This document shows positions 1 through 11,716 of a stretch of DNA of 64,000 nucleotides, in pieces; position 1 is the stretch's first letter, and the number at the start of each line of letters is the position of its first letter. The notes below the pieces were generated by a model. That model worked only from the letters and a program-made list of their open reading frames with translations, was not told the origin of the DNA and searched no databases. The translations under genes were made by a program, and so were the position numbers. Source of the stretch: Gammaproteobacteria bacterium (lineage in GTDB: Bacteria > Pseudomonadota > Gammaproteobacteria > Magnimaribacterales > D2472); the NCBI GenBank assembly GCA_038108875.1, contig JAYNII010000005.1:663-64662 (forward strand), in the 5' to 3' direction.

Positions 1-303
1 CTTGTTAAACATACACCCAGAGTCACCTCCTTCGTAGGAGGAACAAATGAAAAACCTAAGCCAATCTCAGAGAATGATGTAAATAGTATCTTGAATCGAA
101 TTGAAGTGGGAGAAGAAGCTCCAAGACCTAAAACTCTTTTTGAACCAGGTGAGGTTGTAAGAGTTTGCGACGGACCCTTCAATGATTTTAATGGTGTAGT
201 CGAAGAAATAAATTATGAAAGAAATCAAGTCAAGGTCTCTGTTCAAATACTTGGAAGATCAACACCTGTTCATCTAGATTTTATGCAAATTGAGAAAACA
301 TAA
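1..303 (+). CDS. nusG: Transcription antitermination factor NusG, C-terminal fragment (5' end outside window)
   Basis: Frame 1 is open from base 1 to TAA 301-303. KOW-domain sequence [44 protein letters not shown]. Directly precedes rplK. The ORF-track start at 91 is an internal TTG. Confidence 0.9.
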   Translation, partial: LVKHTPRVTSFVGGTNEKPKPISENDVNSILNRIEVGEEAPRPKTLFEPGEVVRVCDGPFNDFNGVVEEINYERNQVKVSVQILGRSTPVHLDFMQIEKT

Positions 304-734
304 TGGCAAAGAAGAAAAAAATAGCAAAAATCCTTAAACTTCAAGTACCTGCTGGAGCCGCTTCTCCTCAACCACCTGTTGGCCCTGCTCTGGGGCAAGC
401 AGGGGTAAATATTATGGAATTCTGCAACGCATTTAATTCAGCTACTGCAGATAAAGAAAAAGGATTGCCTTTACCTATTGTTATAAATGTTTATGAAGAT
501 AAATCTTTTGATTTTCTTGTTAAATCACCTCCAGCCTCTGTCTTGATAAGAAAAGCACTAGGTCTTGCTAAAGGTAGTGCAGCACCCAATAAAGACAAAG
601 TTGGGACCATTTCAAGAAAACAGTTAGAAGAAATTGCAGAAATTAAAAAACAAGACTTAAATGCAGACGATCTAGATCAGGCAGTGAAAATTATTATTGG
701 AACTGCTAAGAGTATGGGAGTAGAGGTAAATTAA
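303..734 (+). CDS. rplK: 50S ribosomal protein L11
   Basis: 143 aa with [22 protein letters not shown] motif. ATG overlaps the nusG TAA (TAATG). Confidence 0.98.
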   Translation: MAKKKKIAKILKLQVPAGAASPQPPVGPALGQAGVNIMEFCNAFNSATADKEKGLPLPIVINVYEDKSFDFLVKSPPASVLIRKALGLAKGSAAPNKDKVGTISRKQLEEIAEIKKQDLNADDLDQAVKIIIGTAKSMGVEVN

Positions 735-1426
735 TGGTTAAACTGACTAAGAAATTTAAGCTAATAAATAGTTCCGTAGACTTTGAAAAGGAGTATGAGC
801 TAGATGAAGCATTGGTAGTTTTTGAAGAATTTAAGTCTCCCAAATTAACTGAATCTATTGATATAGCTCTAAAGTTAGGCATAGCTGCTGAAAAATCTGA
901 TCAAAATGTTAGAGGAGCCATAACACTTCCTCATTCTCTTGGAAAACAGGTTGTGGTTGCGGTCTTTGCAGATGGTGATAAAGCTTCTGCAGCCAAATCA
1001 GCTGGAGCTGATTTCGTTGGAATGGATGATTTAGCTGATAAGTTTAAAAAAGAAGAAATATCTGTAGACGTTGTAATAGCAACTCAAGGGGCAATGAAGA
1101 TAGTTGGTCAATTGGGGCAGATACTAGGCCCAAAGGGTCTTATGCCAAATCCCAAAACCGGAACAGTGACTGATAATGTTAAAGATGCTGTTAAAAATGC
1201 TAAATCTGGACAAGTCAGGTTTCGTAATGATAAAAATGGAATTATTCATGGAACTATTGGTAGAGTTGGATTTTCAAGTGATCAACTCTCAGATAATCTT
1301 AAAGTTTTAATTGATGAAGTAAGAAAACTTAAGCCTGCAAGTGCAAAAGGTGTTTATTTTAAATCAGCTCATCTGAGCAGCACTTTTGGACCAGGTTTAA
1401 AAATTAATCTTTCATCATTTGTATGA
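734..1426 (+). CDS. rplA: 50S ribosomal protein L1
   Basis: 230 aa with L1-family sequence ([16 protein letters not shown]). TAATG overlap with rplK. Confidence 0.98.
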   Translation: MVKLTKKFKLINSSVDFEKEYELDEALVVFEEFKSPKLTESIDIALKLGIAAEKSDQNVRGAITLPHSLGKQVVVAVFADGDKASAAKSAGADFVGMDDLADKFKKEEISVDVVIATQGAMKIVGQLGQILGPKGLMPNPKTGTVTDNVKDAVKNAKSGQVRFRNDKNGIIHGTIGRVGFSSDQLSDNLKVLIDEVRKLKPASAKGVYFKSAHLSSTFGPGLKINLSSFV

Positions 1427-1581
1427 TTTTGAGAGCTTGCTTGCAAGCTCTCTGATTGTTGCGTAATGCGCAGCCGTCAAAGACCGTAGGTGCGAAAGCT
1501 TAATTTCCTACGCAGGTGGTGAGCAAATTGCTTTGGCAGTTTGTCACCTTAAGCCGAGAGGCATAAAAAAGGAGAATTGTT
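1427..1581 (+). promoter_or_regulatory. rplJ (L10) mRNA leader, candidate L10/L12 autoregulatory element
   Basis: 155-nt GC-enriched spacer. Palindrome GAGAGCTTGC/GCAAGCTCTC at 1431-1452. Stems CGTAGG 1485-1490/CCTACG 1507-1512 and GGTGAGCAAA 1518-1527/TTTGTCACC 1540-1548. Followed by AAGGAG and a GTG start. Confidence 0.5.
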
Positions 1582-2112
1582 GTGGCATTAGCTAGAAACG
1601 ATAAAGAAAGGATAGTTTCAGAAGTCAAAGAAGTTGCTTCCAAAGCATCTTCCTTAGTCATTTCTGATGCTAGAGGCTTAAAGGTTTCAGAATTAACTGA
1701 AATTAGAAGGAAAGGAAAGGATGCTGGGATTCATATTCAAGTAATTAAGAATTCCTTAGCAAAACTTGCTTTTGTTGGAACTGATTTTGGCTGTACAAAT
1801 GATGTTCTTTTGGGCCCTTCACTTTTTGCTTTCTCTTTTGATGAGCCTGGAGCTGCTGCCAAGCTGCTCAAGACTTATGCTAAAAACTATGAAGCTCTTC
1901 AGATAAAAGCTCTTTCTGTTGAAGGCAAGCTTTTAACTGCTGATCAAGTAGATATTTTAGCCAATTTACCATCAAGAGATGAAGCATACAGCTTAATAGC
2001 AAATGTACTGCAAGCACCTATTACTAAGTTTGCAACCCTCTTAAATGAGGTTCCAAGTAAATTAGCTAGGGTGTTAGCGGCAGTTCGAGACAAAAAACAG
2101 GCAATTGCCTAA
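1582..2112 (+). CDS. rplJ: 50S ribosomal protein L10
   Basis: 176 aa with GTG start after AAGGAG. N-terminus [19 protein letters not shown] aligns with E. coli L10. Confidence 0.97.
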   Translation: MALARNDKERIVSEVKEVASKASSLVISDARGLKVSELTEIRRKGKDAGIHIQVIKNSLAKLAFVGTDFGCTNDVLLGPSLFAFSFDEPGAAAKLLKTYAKNYEALQIKALSVEGKLLTADQVDILANLPSRDEAYSLIANVLQAPITKFATLLNEVPSKLARVLAAVRDKKQAIA

Positions 2113-2126
2113 TCAAGGAGAAAAAA

Positions 2127-2513
2127 ATGGCAACAAGTAAAGAAGATATTTTAAAAGCTATAGAGGAGATGACTGTCATGGATCTTGTGGATCTTATTTC
2201 AGCTATCGAAGAAAAATTTGGTGTAACAGCCGCAGCAGCAGTTGCTGCAGCTCCTGCTTCTGCAGCAGGCGGCGGAGAAGCGCAAGACGCTGCTGATGAG
2301 AAAGATGAATTTGATCTAGTTCTCACAGCTGCTGGCGACCAAAAAGTTAGTGTCATTAAGGCTGTTAGAGGAATCACTGGTCTTGGTTTAAAAGAAGCCA
2401 AGGATCTTGTTGATGGTGCTCCAAGCACTGTTAAAGCTGGAATGAAAAAAGATGATGCTGCAAAGGCCCTTGCCCAATTAACTGAGGCAGGAGCAACAGC
2501 AGAACTGAAGTAA
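2127..2513 (+). CDS. rplL: 50S ribosomal protein L7/L12
   Basis: 128 aa with Ala-rich hinge. C-terminal domain [27 protein letters not shown]. Confidence 0.98.
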   Translation: MATSKEDILKAIEEMTVMDLVDLISAIEEKFGVTAAAAVAAAPASAAGGGEAQDAADEKDEFDLVLTAAGDQKVSVIKAVRGITGLGLKEAKDLVDGAPSTVKAGMKKDDAAKALAQLTEAGATAELK

Positions 2514-2550
2514 ATTTATCTTAAAAGAAAACCAATAAATAGAGCAGCAT

Positions 2551-5500
2551 ATGGCATATAGTTATACAGAGAAAAAGAGGATCAGAAAGAATTTTGGGCG
2601 TCTTCCAAAAATTATGGAGCTCCCAAATCTAATAGAAACTCAACTTGATTCTTATAAGGCATTTCTTCAGCGTGATGTTGAAGCCTCAAAGAGAAAAGTT
2701 CAGGGTCTTGAAGAAGTCTTTCAGGGATTATTTCCTATAACCTCTGCTTCTGGAAATGCTGCTCTAGAATATGTTGGTTATGAGCTCGGAACCAATACAT
2801 ATACTGTCCAAGAATGCCTAGTGCAGGGCTTGACCTACTCGGTGCCTCTAAGAATTACTGTTAGATTAGTAATCTATGATAGAGAGACCAATTTTGAGAA
2901 AGTCAAAGATGTAAAAGAGGGAGAAGTTTTCATGGGAGAAGTTCCCTTAATGACAGATGATGGCTCTTTTATAATTAATGGAACCGAGAGGGTAGTTGTA
3001 AATCAACTTCACAGATCACCAGGAGTTTTCTTTGATCATGATAAAGGTAAAACACACTCCTCTGGAAAAGTTCTATACTCTGCTAGGATTATACCTTATA
3101 GAGGTTCTTGGCTAGACTTTGAATTTGACGCTAAAGATATTCTTTATTGTCGAATAGATAGAAGAAGAAAAATTCCTGCCACAATCCTGCTTAGAGCATT
3201 AGACATGACAACAGAAGAAATACTTTCGTCTTTCTTTGAAGTCGATTCCTATGAAATAAATACAGAAACTGTTATAGCTGAAATTATTCCTTCAAGACTC
3301 CGAGGAGAAACACTGCCTGTTGATTTAATTGTTAACAAAAGAGTGCTAGTTGAGGCTAACAAGAGAATTACAGCTAGGCATGTAAGAGAACTTGAATCAT
3401 TAAAAATTAAAAAATTAGAATTTGCCAAAGAATTTATATACGGAAAGATATTAGCACACGATGTTATAGATCTAGAGACAGGCGAAGTTTTATATTCTGC
3501 TAATGATTATATAGATGAAAAAGTTCTTAAAGCTCTCGTATCTAAGGGTATATCCCAAATTAAATGTATTTACATAAATGATCTAGAAAAGGGTCCTTAT
3601 ATTGCCAATACGCTTCATGCTGACCCAACCACTAATAGAATGGAAGCCTTAGTAGAAATCTACAGAATGATGAGACCTGGAGAGCCCCCTACAAGAGATT
3701 CAGCAGAACAACTTTTTAATAATTTATTTTTTAACCTTGAAAGATACGACTTATCTGATGTAGGCAGAATGAAATTTAATAGAAGATTAAAGATTGAAAG
3801 CACCAAGGAAACACCAGGGGTTTTAGATCTTGCAGATATTATTTCTGTTATGCAGGGAATCATTCATATAAGAGATGGGCATGACATAGTTGATGACATA
3901 GATCACCTTGGAAATAGGAGAGTTCGATCTGTTGGTGAGATGACTGCAAATCAATTTAGAGTTGGTCTTATTAGAGTTGAAAGAGCCGTAAGAGAGAGAC
4001 TTAGTATGGCTGAAGCAGACGAACTTGGTCCCCAAGACTTAATAAATGCTAAACCAGTTTCAGCTGCGATCAAAGAATTCTTTGGCTCAAGCCAACTGTC
4101 ACAGTTTATGGATCAAAATAACCCCCTTTCTGAGATTACTCACAAGCGAAGAGTTTCCGCGCTAGGTCCGGGGGGTCTTACTAGAGAAAGAGCTGGCTTT
4201 GAGGTTAGGGATGTACATCCAACACACTACGGTAGGCTGTGTCCTATTGAAACTCCAGAGGGACCAAATATTGGCCTCATAAACTCATTTGCATGTTATG
4301 CGAGAACAAATAATTTTGGGTTTATTGAAACTCCTTACAGAAAGGTTGTAGGTGGAAAAGTTACTGAAGAAATAGTGTATCTCTCTGCTATTGATGAAGG
4401 AGAGCATGTGATCGCTCAAGCTAATGCTCCACTGAATAAAAACAATACTTTTGCTGATGAACTAGTTCCAGTTCGAACAAAAGGAGATTCAACTTTGATG
4501 TCACCAGACAGAATTGATCTCATGGATGTTGCACCTCAACAGGTTGTTTCTGTTGCTGCATCACTTATACCTTTTTTAGAACATGATGATGCTAACAGAG
4601 CTTTAATGGGTTCGAATATGCAACGTCAGGCTGTTCCGGTATTGCGTCCAGAAAAACCGCTTGTAGGCACGGGCTTCGAAACAGTTGTTGCAAGGGATTC
4701 TGGTGTATGCGTTGTTGCCAAACATAACGGGGTCGTTGAAAGTGTTGATGCTGCAAGAATAGTGGTAAGGGTTACAGAAAAAAACACAGCCGAACCAGTA
4801 AATATCTATAATCTTATTAAATACACAAGGTCTAATCAGAATACTTGTATAAATCAAAGACCACTGGTTTCTGTTGGAGATAAAGTTAAGGCAGGGGATA
4901 TCTTAGCTGATGGACCCTCTGTTGATAATGGAGAGTTGGCACTTGGTCAAAACATCAGGATTGCATTTATGCCATGGCATGGATACAACTTTGAGGATTC
5001 AATCTTGCTTTCTGAAAAGGTTGCTCGCGAAGATAGGTTTACATCTATTCACATACAAGAACTGACATGTATTGCTAGAGATACAAAACTGGGATCAGAA
5101 GAAATAACTGCCGATATTCCAAATGTAGGAGAAGGGTCTTTAGGTAAACTTGATGAATGCGGAATAGTATATGTTGGCGCAGAAGTAAATGCTGGTGATA
5201 TTTTAGTTGGTAAAATTACTCCCAAGGGAGAAACTCAACTATCACCAGAGGAGAAGTTGCTTAGAGCCATTTTTGGAGAAAAAGCTTCAGATGTTAAAGA
5301 TACCTCACTCAGAGTTCCATCAAGCACCAACGGGACTGTTATTGGTGTAGAAGTTTTTACAAGGGACGGCGTCGATAAAGACTCAAGAACTCTAGATATT
5401 GAAGAAGAGCATCTCGAGGATGCGAAGAAAGACATGAACGACGAGATTAAGATTGTTCATGAAGCTACAAAACTAAGACTTATAGATCTTATAAAAGGCA

Positions 5501-6615
5501 ACGAAGTTGCTACAAGTAAATCTTTAAAGAAAGGAAAGGTTTCTGCTGATGCACTTAATGATCTATCTGTAGTAGATCTTCTTGGAATTCGAACAAAATC
5601 TGATGACGTAAATAAAGATATTGAAAGAATTGAGAAAGCGCTTAAGTCAAATCTTAAATTTATAACTGAAAGATTTGAAGAGAAGAAAAAGAAAATAACA
5701 AGAGGCCATGATCTTGCACCTGGCGTAATTAAAATTGTAAAAGTTTTCTTGGCTGTTAAAAGAAGAATTCAGCCTGGGGATAAAATGGCTGGAAGGCATG
5801 GTAATAAAGGTGTTATATCTGAAATCGTTCCAGTAGAGGACATGCCTTATGATGAATTGGGAAATCCAGTTGATATAGTTCTTAACCCTCTTGGTGTCCC
5901 GTCAAGGATGAATGTTGGCCAGGTTCTAGAAACACATATGGGTGCTGCTGCAAAAGGGATTGGTAAAAAAATTGACGAACTCATTCGAGCAAAAGCGAAA
6001 GCAGATGAACTTAGAAAGTTTTTAGACCAGGTCTATAATAGTAAGGCTTCCATTAAGGAAGATCTTGAATCCCTTTCAAATCAAGAAATTCTTAATTTAG
6101 CTAATAATCTAAGAGAAGGATTACCAATTGCTACGCCGGTATTCGATGGGGCAAAGGAAGAAGAAATTAAACATCTTTTAAAGTTCTCTGGGGCAGACGA
6201 ATCTGGACAGATTACCCTATTTGATGGCAGAACCGGAAAACAATTTGAGAGACCAGTTACTGTTGGTTATATGTATATGCTCAAACTTAATCATTTAGTC
6301 GACGATAAAATGCATGCCCGTTCAACAGGATCATACAGTCTAGTAACCCAGCAACCTTTGGGTGGTAAAGCCCAATTTGGCGGTCAAAGATTTGGCGAAA
6401 TGGAAGTATGGGCTCTTGAGGCATATGGTGCTGCTTATACATTGCAAGAAATGTTAACTGTGAAATCAGATGATGTGCCTGGAAGAACCAGTATGTATAA
6501 AAATATTGTAGATGGTAATTTTGCGATGGATGCAAGCGTACCTGAATCATTTAATGTGCTAAGTAAAGAAATTAAATCCCTTGGCATTAACATCGACTTA
6601 AATAAAGATAATTAG
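2551..6615 (+). CDS. rpoB: DNA-directed RNA polymerase subunit beta
   Basis: 1354 aa. N-terminus [16 protein letters not shown] and conserved blocks [10 protein letters not shown] and [11 protein letters not shown]. Confidence 0.99.
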   Translation: MAYSYTEKKRIRKNFGRLPKIMELPNLIETQLDSYKAFLQRDVEASKRKVQGLEEVFQGLFPITSASGNAALEYVGYELGTNTYTVQECLVQGLTYSVPLRITVRLVIYDRETNFEKVKDVKEGEVFMGEVPLMTDDGSFIINGTERVVVNQLHRSPGVFFDHDKGKTHSSGKVLYSARIIPYRGSWLDFEFDAKDILYCRIDRRRKIPATILLRALDMTTEEILSSFFEVDSYEINTETVIAEIIPSRLRGETLPVDLIVNKRVLVEANKRITARHVRELESLKIKKLEFAKEFIYGKILAHDVIDLETGEVLYSANDYIDEKVLKALVSKGISQIKCIYINDLEKGPYIANTLHADPTTNRMEALVEIYRMMRPGEPPTRDSAEQLFNNLFFNLERYDLSDVGRMKFNRRLKIESTKETPGVLDLADIISVMQGIIHIRDGHDIVDDIDHLGNRRVRSVGEMTANQFRVGLIRVERAVRERLSMAEADELGPQDLINAKPVSAAIKEFFGSSQLSQFMDQNNPLSEITHKRRVSALGPGGLTRERAGFEVRDVHPTHYGRLCPIETPEGPNIGLINSFACYARTNNFGFIETPYRKVVGGKVTEEIVYLSAIDEGEHVIAQANAPLNKNNTFADELVPVRTKGDSTLMSPDRIDLMDVAPQQVVSVAASLIPFLEHDDANRALMGSNMQRQAVPVLRPEKPLVGTGFETVVARDSGVCVVAKHNGVVESVDAARIVVRVTEKNTAEPVNIYNLIKYTRSNQNTCINQRPLVSVGDKVKAGDILADGPSVDNGELALGQNIRIAFMPWHGYNFEDSILLSEKVAREDRFTSIHIQELTCIARDTKLGSEEITADIPNVGEGSLGKLDECGIVYVGAEVNAGDILVGKITPKGETQLSPEEKLLRAIFGEKASDVKDTSLRVPSSTNGTVIGVEVFTRDGVDKDSRTLDIEEEHLEDAKKDMNDEIKIVHEATKLRLIDLIKGNEVATSKSLKKGKVSADALNDLSVVDLLGIRTKSDDVNKDIERIEKALKSNLKFITERFEEKKKKITRGHDLAPGVIKIVKVFLAVKRRIQPGDKMAGRHGNKGVISEIVPVEDMPYDELGNPVDIVLNPLGVPSRMNVGQVLETHMGAAAKGIGKKIDELIRAKAKADELRKFLDQVYNSKASIKEDLESLSNQEILNLANNLREGLPIATPVFDGAKEEEIKHLLKFSGADESGQITLFDGRTGKQFERPVTVGYMYMLKLNHLVDDKMHARSTGSYSLVTQQPLGGKAQFGGQRFGEMEVWALEAYGAAYTLQEMLTVKSDDVPGRTSMYKNIVDGNFAMDASVPESFNVLSKEIKSLGINIDLNKDN

Positions 6616-6624
6616 GAGCCCTGA

Positions 6625-9600
6625 TTGAAAGACTTAGTTTATTCATTGAAATCCAATAAGGATGATTTTTCCTCAATTTCCGCTGGCTTAGCATCTCCGC
6701 AGATGGTCAGATCTTGGTCTTTTGGAGAAGTAAAGAAGCCAGAGACTATTAACTATAGAACTTTCAAACCAGAAAGAGATGGCCTTTTCTGCGCAAAGAT
6801 ATTTGGTCCAGTTAAAGATTACGAATGTGTTTGTGGAAAGTATAAGCGCATGAAGCATAGAGGGGTTGTCTGTGAGAAGTGTGGTGTGGAAGTTACGCTT
6901 GCTAAAGTTAGAAGAGAAAGAATGGGACACATTGAGTTGGCTGCTCCTGTGGCGCACATATGGTTCCTAAAATCTTTACCTTCTAGAATTGGATTGCTTT
7001 TAGATCTTACTCTAAGAGAAATTGAAAGAGTTCTATATTTTGAAAGCTATATTGTTACTGACCCAGGCTTAACTGATTTGGAGAGGTGCCAAATACTTAC
7101 TGAAGAAGAGTTCATAGATGCATTCGATCAATTTGGCGATGAATTTGTTGCTGAAATGGGAGCAGAAGCTATTCAAAAACTATTAACAGAGATTGATCTA
7201 GATGAAGAAATAAGAGTGATTAGAGAAGAAGTTCCAGAAACAAATTCTGAAACGAAACTAAAAAAACTCTCCAAAAGATTAAAATTATTAGAAGCATTTA
7301 AAGAATCTGGAAATAAACCTGAGTGGATGATCATGAATGTACTTCCAGTGTTACCGCCAGATCTTCGCCCATTGGTTCCTCTTGAAGGAGGAAGATTTGC
7401 TACTTCAGATCTAAACGATCTTTATAGAAGAGTAATTAATAGAAATAACAGATTAAAAAGACTTTTAGAGCTTAGCGCACCAGAAATAATTGTAAGAAAC
7501 GAAAAAAGAATGCTTCAAGAGAGTGTGGACGCGTTGCTTGATAATGGTCGAAGAGGAAGAGTTATAACTGGAACAAATAAGAGACCTCTAAAATCTTTAG
7601 CAGATATGATTAAGGGTAAAGCAGGCAGATTTAGGCAAAATCTCCTTGGCAAAAGGGTTGACTATTCAGGTCGTTCAGTAATAGTTGCAGGACCAAATCT
7701 TAAGCTCCATCAGTGTGGATTGCCTAAGAAAATGGCGTTAGAGCTATTCAAACCTTTCGTATACGGAAGACTTGAGCAAAAAGAACTTGCAACGACTATT
7801 AAAGCTGCAAAAAAACTTGTTGAAAGAGAAACTCCTGAAGTTTGGGAGATTCTTGAGGAAGTTATCAGAGAACATCCAGTGCTATTGAATAGGGCCCCAA
7901 CTTTACACAGATTAGGTATACAAGCTTTTGAACCGATCCTCATTGAGGGTAAGGCTATCCAACTGCATCCTCTAGTATGTGTTGCTTACAATGCAGACTT
8001 TGATGGAGATCAAATGGCAGTCCATGTTCCATTGACTCTAGAAGCGCAGCTCGAAGCTCGGGCATTAATGATGTCAACTAATAATATCTTATCTCCTGCA
8101 AATGGTGCACCTATAATTAATCCATCTCAAGATGTTGTGCTTGGTCTTTACTATATGACGAGAGATAGAGTCAACGCTAAAGGAGAAGGAAGAATCTTTT
8201 CAAATCCTGACGAAGTTCTTAGGGCATATGAAACTGAAACTATTGATCTCCAGGCAGCAGTTAAAGTTCGTATAGTTAATGCAGATAAGGGAAGTTTTAT
8301 TGAAGATACAACAGTTGGAAGAGTTTTAGTTTGGAGAATAACTCCTACTGAAGTTGGTTTTGATAAAGTAAATAGGACTCTTGATAAAAAGGCTATAACA
8401 AGCTTAATTGATATTTCATATAGAAAAGCGGGTCTTAAGAAAACAGTTATTTTTGCTGATCAACTTATGTATCTTGGTTTTGATTTCTCTACTCGTTCTG
8501 GCTCTTCAATTGGAGTTGATGATTTTGTTATACCTGATGAAAAACACTCGATAATTGAAGCTGCTGAAAAAGAAGTTAAGCAAATCGAATCTCAGTTTTC
8601 AAACGGCCTTGTCACTCAAGGCGAAAGGTATAACAAGGTAGTTGATATATGGTCAAGAGCTAATGAAAAAGTAGCAAAAGCCATGATGAGTAAAATTTCT
8701 GTAGATAAGGTAATTGACAAAGATGGAAATGAAGTCCAACAACCATCATTCAATTCGGTCTTTATTTATGCTGATTCTGGAGCAAGAGGTTCCCCTGCTC
8801 AGATCAGACAGTTATCGGGTATGCGGGGCTTAATGTCAAAACCAGATGGTTCTATCATCGAAACACCTATAACTGCTAATTTCAGAGAAGGATTATCTGT
8901 ACTCCAGTACTTTATTTCAACTCATGGTGCTAGGAAGGGATTAGCTGATACTGCTCTTAAGACTGCAAACTCAGGATACCTAACAAGAAGGCTATGTGAC
9001 GTTGCTATGGATAGTGTTGTTGTGGAGGAAGATTGTGGAACAGAAAATCATATTTCACTTTCTCCTATTATTGAGGGAGGCGACATCATTCAACCTCTAA
9101 CAGAGAGAATTTTAGGAAGAGTTCTTGCAAAAGATCTTACAAATGCGGAAGGCGAATTAATATTGCCAGCAGGTCACATGGTTAATGAAGAATCTATTGG
9201 TCTGATTGAAAAACTAAACATATCTGAGCTTGGGGTAAGATCACCTATGACTTGCGATGCAGCATACGGTGTTTGCTCAAAATGTTATGGAAGAGATTTA
9301 GCTCGTGGCCACCAAGTTCATAAAGGTGAAGCAGTTGGCGTGGTTGCAGCCCAATCAATTGGTGAACCAGGAACTCAGCTAACAATGAGAACCTTCCATA
9401 TTGGTGGAGCAGCATCAAGCTCATCTGAAGATAATGCAGTAGTAGTTAGCAATGCTGGATTAGTTGAATTTTCGGAAGATATGAGGACTGTAACTAATAA
9501 GGATAAGTTAGAAGTTGTTGTTTCAAGAAATACTTTAGTTCTTTTGCATGATGATCAAGGCAGGCTTGTTGAAAAACATAAGATTCCATATGGATCAACT

Positions 9601-10806
9601 CTTTATGTGACCAATCATGCTTCTGTGAAAGCTGGTGAACGTATTGCTTCTTGGGATCCCTATACTCGACCAATTATCTCTGAAGTTGATGGCAAGATAT
9701 CTTTTTCAGATGTTATAGATGGGGTAACAGTTAGATCAAAAGCAGATGAGTTAACTGGTCTCAGTAGTATTGAGATTATTGATGTTTCTGAGAGACCTTC
9801 AGCTGGTAAAGACCTTGTTCCAACTCTTTCAATTGTTGATGATAAAGGTAAACCTGTTACTGTGGGAGATAAGAAAACACAAGCCGTATACTCAATACCT
9901 GCAAAAGCATTGGTTAACATTAATGATGGCTCTAAAATTACTGCTGGTGAAGTATTAGCAAGAATCCCTCTTGAAGGATCAAAAACCAAAGATATTACTG
10001 GGGGCTTACCAAGAGTTGCAGATTTATTTGAAGCTAGAAAACCAAAAGATGCAGCTGTTTTAGCTGAAGCATCAGGTATTATTTCTTTTGGAAAGGAAAC
10101 CAAAGGCAAGATTAGATTGGTAATCACTCCTGAGGGTGCCTCTAAAAAGTCTCAAAACATAGAAATGTTAATACCCAAGCATAGAACTCTTACAGTTTTT
10201 GAGGGTGAAAGTGTTCAAAAAGGAGATATTATTTCCGATGGCCCATTAAGTCCTCATGACATACTTAGACTAAGAGGCATACCAGAATTAACTAATTTTA
10301 TTGTTAATGAGATCCAAGATGTTTATAGGCTTCAAGGCGTTTCAATCAATGATAAGCACATTGAAACTATTTTGAGACAGATGCTTAGAAAGGCTTTAAT
10401 TCTTGATGGTGGAGATACCAAATTTATTCAAGGCGATCAAGTAGAATATTCAGATCTCGTTCAAGAGAATCTAAAGGCTGAAGCAAGCGGCAAAAATCCT
10501 GCTACTTTTGAAAGAGTGTTATTGGGGATAACCAAGGCATCTCTTACAACAAATTCTTTTATATCGGCGGCATCATTCCAGGAAACTACCAGAGTATTAA
10601 CAGAGGCTTCCGTGACTGGAAAAGTAGATCAACTGCGTGGATTAAAAGAAAATGTAGTTGTAGGAAGGCTTATTCCTGCAGGCACAGGTCTTGAGTATCA
10701 CAACAAAATGAGACAAGACAGGGCATCAGGCTATGAAGATTCAATGTTAACTGCTGATGAAATCGAAGCAGCATTAAGACAAGAGTTACAGGAATCGGAA
10801 GAATAA
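6625..10806 (+). CDS. rpoC: DNA-directed RNA polymerase subunit beta'
   Basis: 1393 aa with TTG start 6 nt after GGAG. Catalytic [12 protein letters not shown] motif. N-terminus aligns with E. coli MKDLL...[17 protein letters not shown]. Confidence 0.99.
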   Translation: MKDLVYSLKSNKDDFSSISAGLASPQMVRSWSFGEVKKPETINYRTFKPERDGLFCAKIFGPVKDYECVCGKYKRMKHRGVVCEKCGVEVTLAKVRRERMGHIELAAPVAHIWFLKSLPSRIGLLLDLTLREIERVLYFESYIVTDPGLTDLERCQILTEEEFIDAFDQFGDEFVAEMGAEAIQKLLTEIDLDEEIRVIREEVPETNSETKLKKLSKRLKLLEAFKESGNKPEWMIMNVLPVLPPDLRPLVPLEGGRFATSDLNDLYRRVINRNNRLKRLLELSAPEIIVRNEKRMLQESVDALLDNGRRGRVITGTNKRPLKSLADMIKGKAGRFRQNLLGKRVDYSGRSVIVAGPNLKLHQCGLPKKMALELFKPFVYGRLEQKELATTIKAAKKLVERETPEVWEILEEVIREHPVLLNRAPTLHRLGIQAFEPILIEGKAIQLHPLVCVAYNADFDGDQMAVHVPLTLEAQLEARALMMSTNNILSPANGAPIINPSQDVVLGLYYMTRDRVNAKGEGRIFSNPDEVLRAYETETIDLQAAVKVRIVNADKGSFIEDTTVGRVLVWRITPTEVGFDKVNRTLDKKAITSLIDISYRKAGLKKTVIFADQLMYLGFDFSTRSGSSIGVDDFVIPDEKHSIIEAAEKEVKQIESQFSNGLVTQGERYNKVVDIWSRANEKVAKAMMSKISVDKVIDKDGNEVQQPSFNSVFIYADSGARGSPAQIRQLSGMRGLMSKPDGSIIETPITANFREGLSVLQYFISTHGARKGLADTALKTANSGYLTRRLCDVAMDSVVVEEDCGTENHISLSPIIEGGDIIQPLTERILGRVLAKDLTNAEGELILPAGHMVNEESIGLIEKLNISELGVRSPMTCDAAYGVCSKCYGRDLARGHQVHKGEAVGVVAAQSIGEPGTQLTMRTFHIGGAASSSSEDNAVVVSNAGLVEFSEDMRTVTNKDKLEVVVSRNTLVLLHDDQGRLVEKHKIPYGSTLYVTNHASVKAGERIASWDPYTRPIISEVDGKISFSDVIDGVTVRSKADELTGLSSIEIIDVSERPSAGKDLVPTLSIVDDKGKPVTVGDKKTQAVYSIPAKALVNINDGSKITAGEVLARIPLEGSKTKDITGGLPRVADLFEARKPKDAAVLAEASGIISFGKETKGKIRLVITPEGASKKSQNIEMLIPKHRTLTVFEGESVQKGDIISDGPLSPHDILRLRGIPELTNFIVNEIQDVYRLQGVSINDKHIETILRQMLRKALILDGGDTKFIQGDQVEYSDLVQENLKAEASGKNPATFERVLLGITKASLTTNSFISAASFQETTRVLTEASVTGKVDQLRGLKENVVVGRLIPAGTGLEYHNKMRQDRASGYEDSMLTADEIEAALRQELQESEE

Positions 10807-10808
10807 TG

Positions 10809-10837
10809 TTGACCAATATACAACTCATATATACAAT
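10809..10837 (+). promoter_or_regulatory. Candidate sigma70 promoter of the str operon (rpsL-rpsG-fusA)
   Basis: TTGACC (10809-10814), 17-nt spacer, TACAAT (10832-10837), in the 48-nt rpoC-rpsL spacer. Confidence 0.5.
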
Positions 10838-10854
10838 CGCGGCTACTAAATAGT

Positions 10855-11229
10855 ATGGCTACAGTTAATCAATTAATTAGAAAACCTAGAAAACCAAAAT
10901 CTAGAAAAACTGATGTACCAGCATTGGTTAATTCTCCTCAAAAAAGAGGAGTCTGTACGCGTGTATATACCACTACACCAAAAAAACCAAATTCTGCACT
11001 TAGAAAAGTCTGCAGAGTTAGGCTTACATCTGGTTTTGAAGTAACTTCTTACATAGGTGGCGAAGGGCATAATCTTCAAGAGCATTCAGTTGTTTTAATA
11101 AGAGGCGGTAGGGTAAAAGATCTTCCTGGAGTTAGATATCATACCGTTAGAGGGGCTTTAGATACCTCTGGAGTGGCAAATAGAAAGCAAAGAAGATCCA
11201 AATATGGAGCCAAAAAAGGTAAAAAATAA
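10855..11229 (+). CDS. rpsL: 30S ribosomal protein S12
   Basis: 124 aa with [12 protein letters not shown] and [10 protein letters not shown] motifs. Confidence 0.99.
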   Translation: MATVNQLIRKPRKPKSRKTDVPALVNSPQKRGVCTRVYTTTPKKPNSALRKVCRVRLTSGFEVTSYIGGEGHNLQEHSVVLIRGGRVKDLPGVRYHTVRGALDTSGVANRKQRRSKYGAKKGKK

Positions 11230-11699
11230 TGCCAAGAAGAAGAAGTCCTGAAAAAAGAAAGGTTTTACCTGATCCAAAGTTTAAAGATTTGATTGTTGCT
11301 AAGTTCATGAATCACATCATGAAAGACGGTAAAAAGTCTGTTGCCGAAACAATTGTTTACGGAGCTTTTGAAAGAATTGATCAAAAGATGAAAAAAGATC
11401 CAATAGAGATATTTAAGAAAGCTTTAGACTCAGTAGGTCCAGTTGTTGAAGTAAAGTCAAGAAGAGTTGGTGGTGCAACATATCAAGTACCAGTCGAAGT
11501 TAGGCCAGCAAGAAGACAGGCTTTAGCTATGAGATGGTTAGTAGATGCTGCAAGAAAGAGATCTGAAAAATCTATGCCATTAAGACTGGCTGGAGAGTTA
11601 TCGGATGCATCTGAGGGCAAAGGTTCAGCCATCAAAAAGAGAGAAGACGTTCATAAAATGGCAGAAGCTAATAAAGCATTTTCTCACTTCAGATTTTAA
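11229..11699 (+). CDS. rpsG: 30S ribosomal protein S7
   Basis: 156 aa with MPRRR N-terminus and [12 protein letters not shown] motif. TAATG overlap with rpsL. Confidence 0.99.
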   Translation: MPRRRSPEKRKVLPDPKFKDLIVAKFMNHIMKDGKKSVAETIVYGAFERIDQKMKKDPIEIFKKALDSVGPVVEVKSRRVGGATYQVPVEVRPARRQALAMRWLVDAARKRSEKSMPLRLAGELSDASEGKGSAIKKREDVHKMAEANKAFSHFRF

Positions 11700-11716
11700 A
11701 ATAATTTTTAATCATT

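Noticed and set aside
2221-2290. Local GC-rich island (GCAGCAGCAGTTGCTGCAGCTCCTGC...)
   Set aside because: These are the Ala-rich flexible hinge codons of L7/L12, not foreign DNA or an RNA gene.
2066-2428. 120-aa ORF antisense to rplL
   Set aside because: It fully overlaps the strongly conserved L7/L12 gene. Its Ala/Ser-rich low-complexity translation mirrors the GC-rich Ala hinge codons. It has no start context or homology.
9660-10127. 155-aa ORF antisense to rpoC, plus a 62-aa sense-strand out-of-frame ORF at 9770-9958
   Set aside because: In this antisense phase, stops arise only when a codon ending in T or C is followed by a Tyr codon, or one ending in T by a His or Gln codon. This stretch of beta' is poor in Tyr, His and Gln. 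The open frame is therefore a by-product of rpoC composition.
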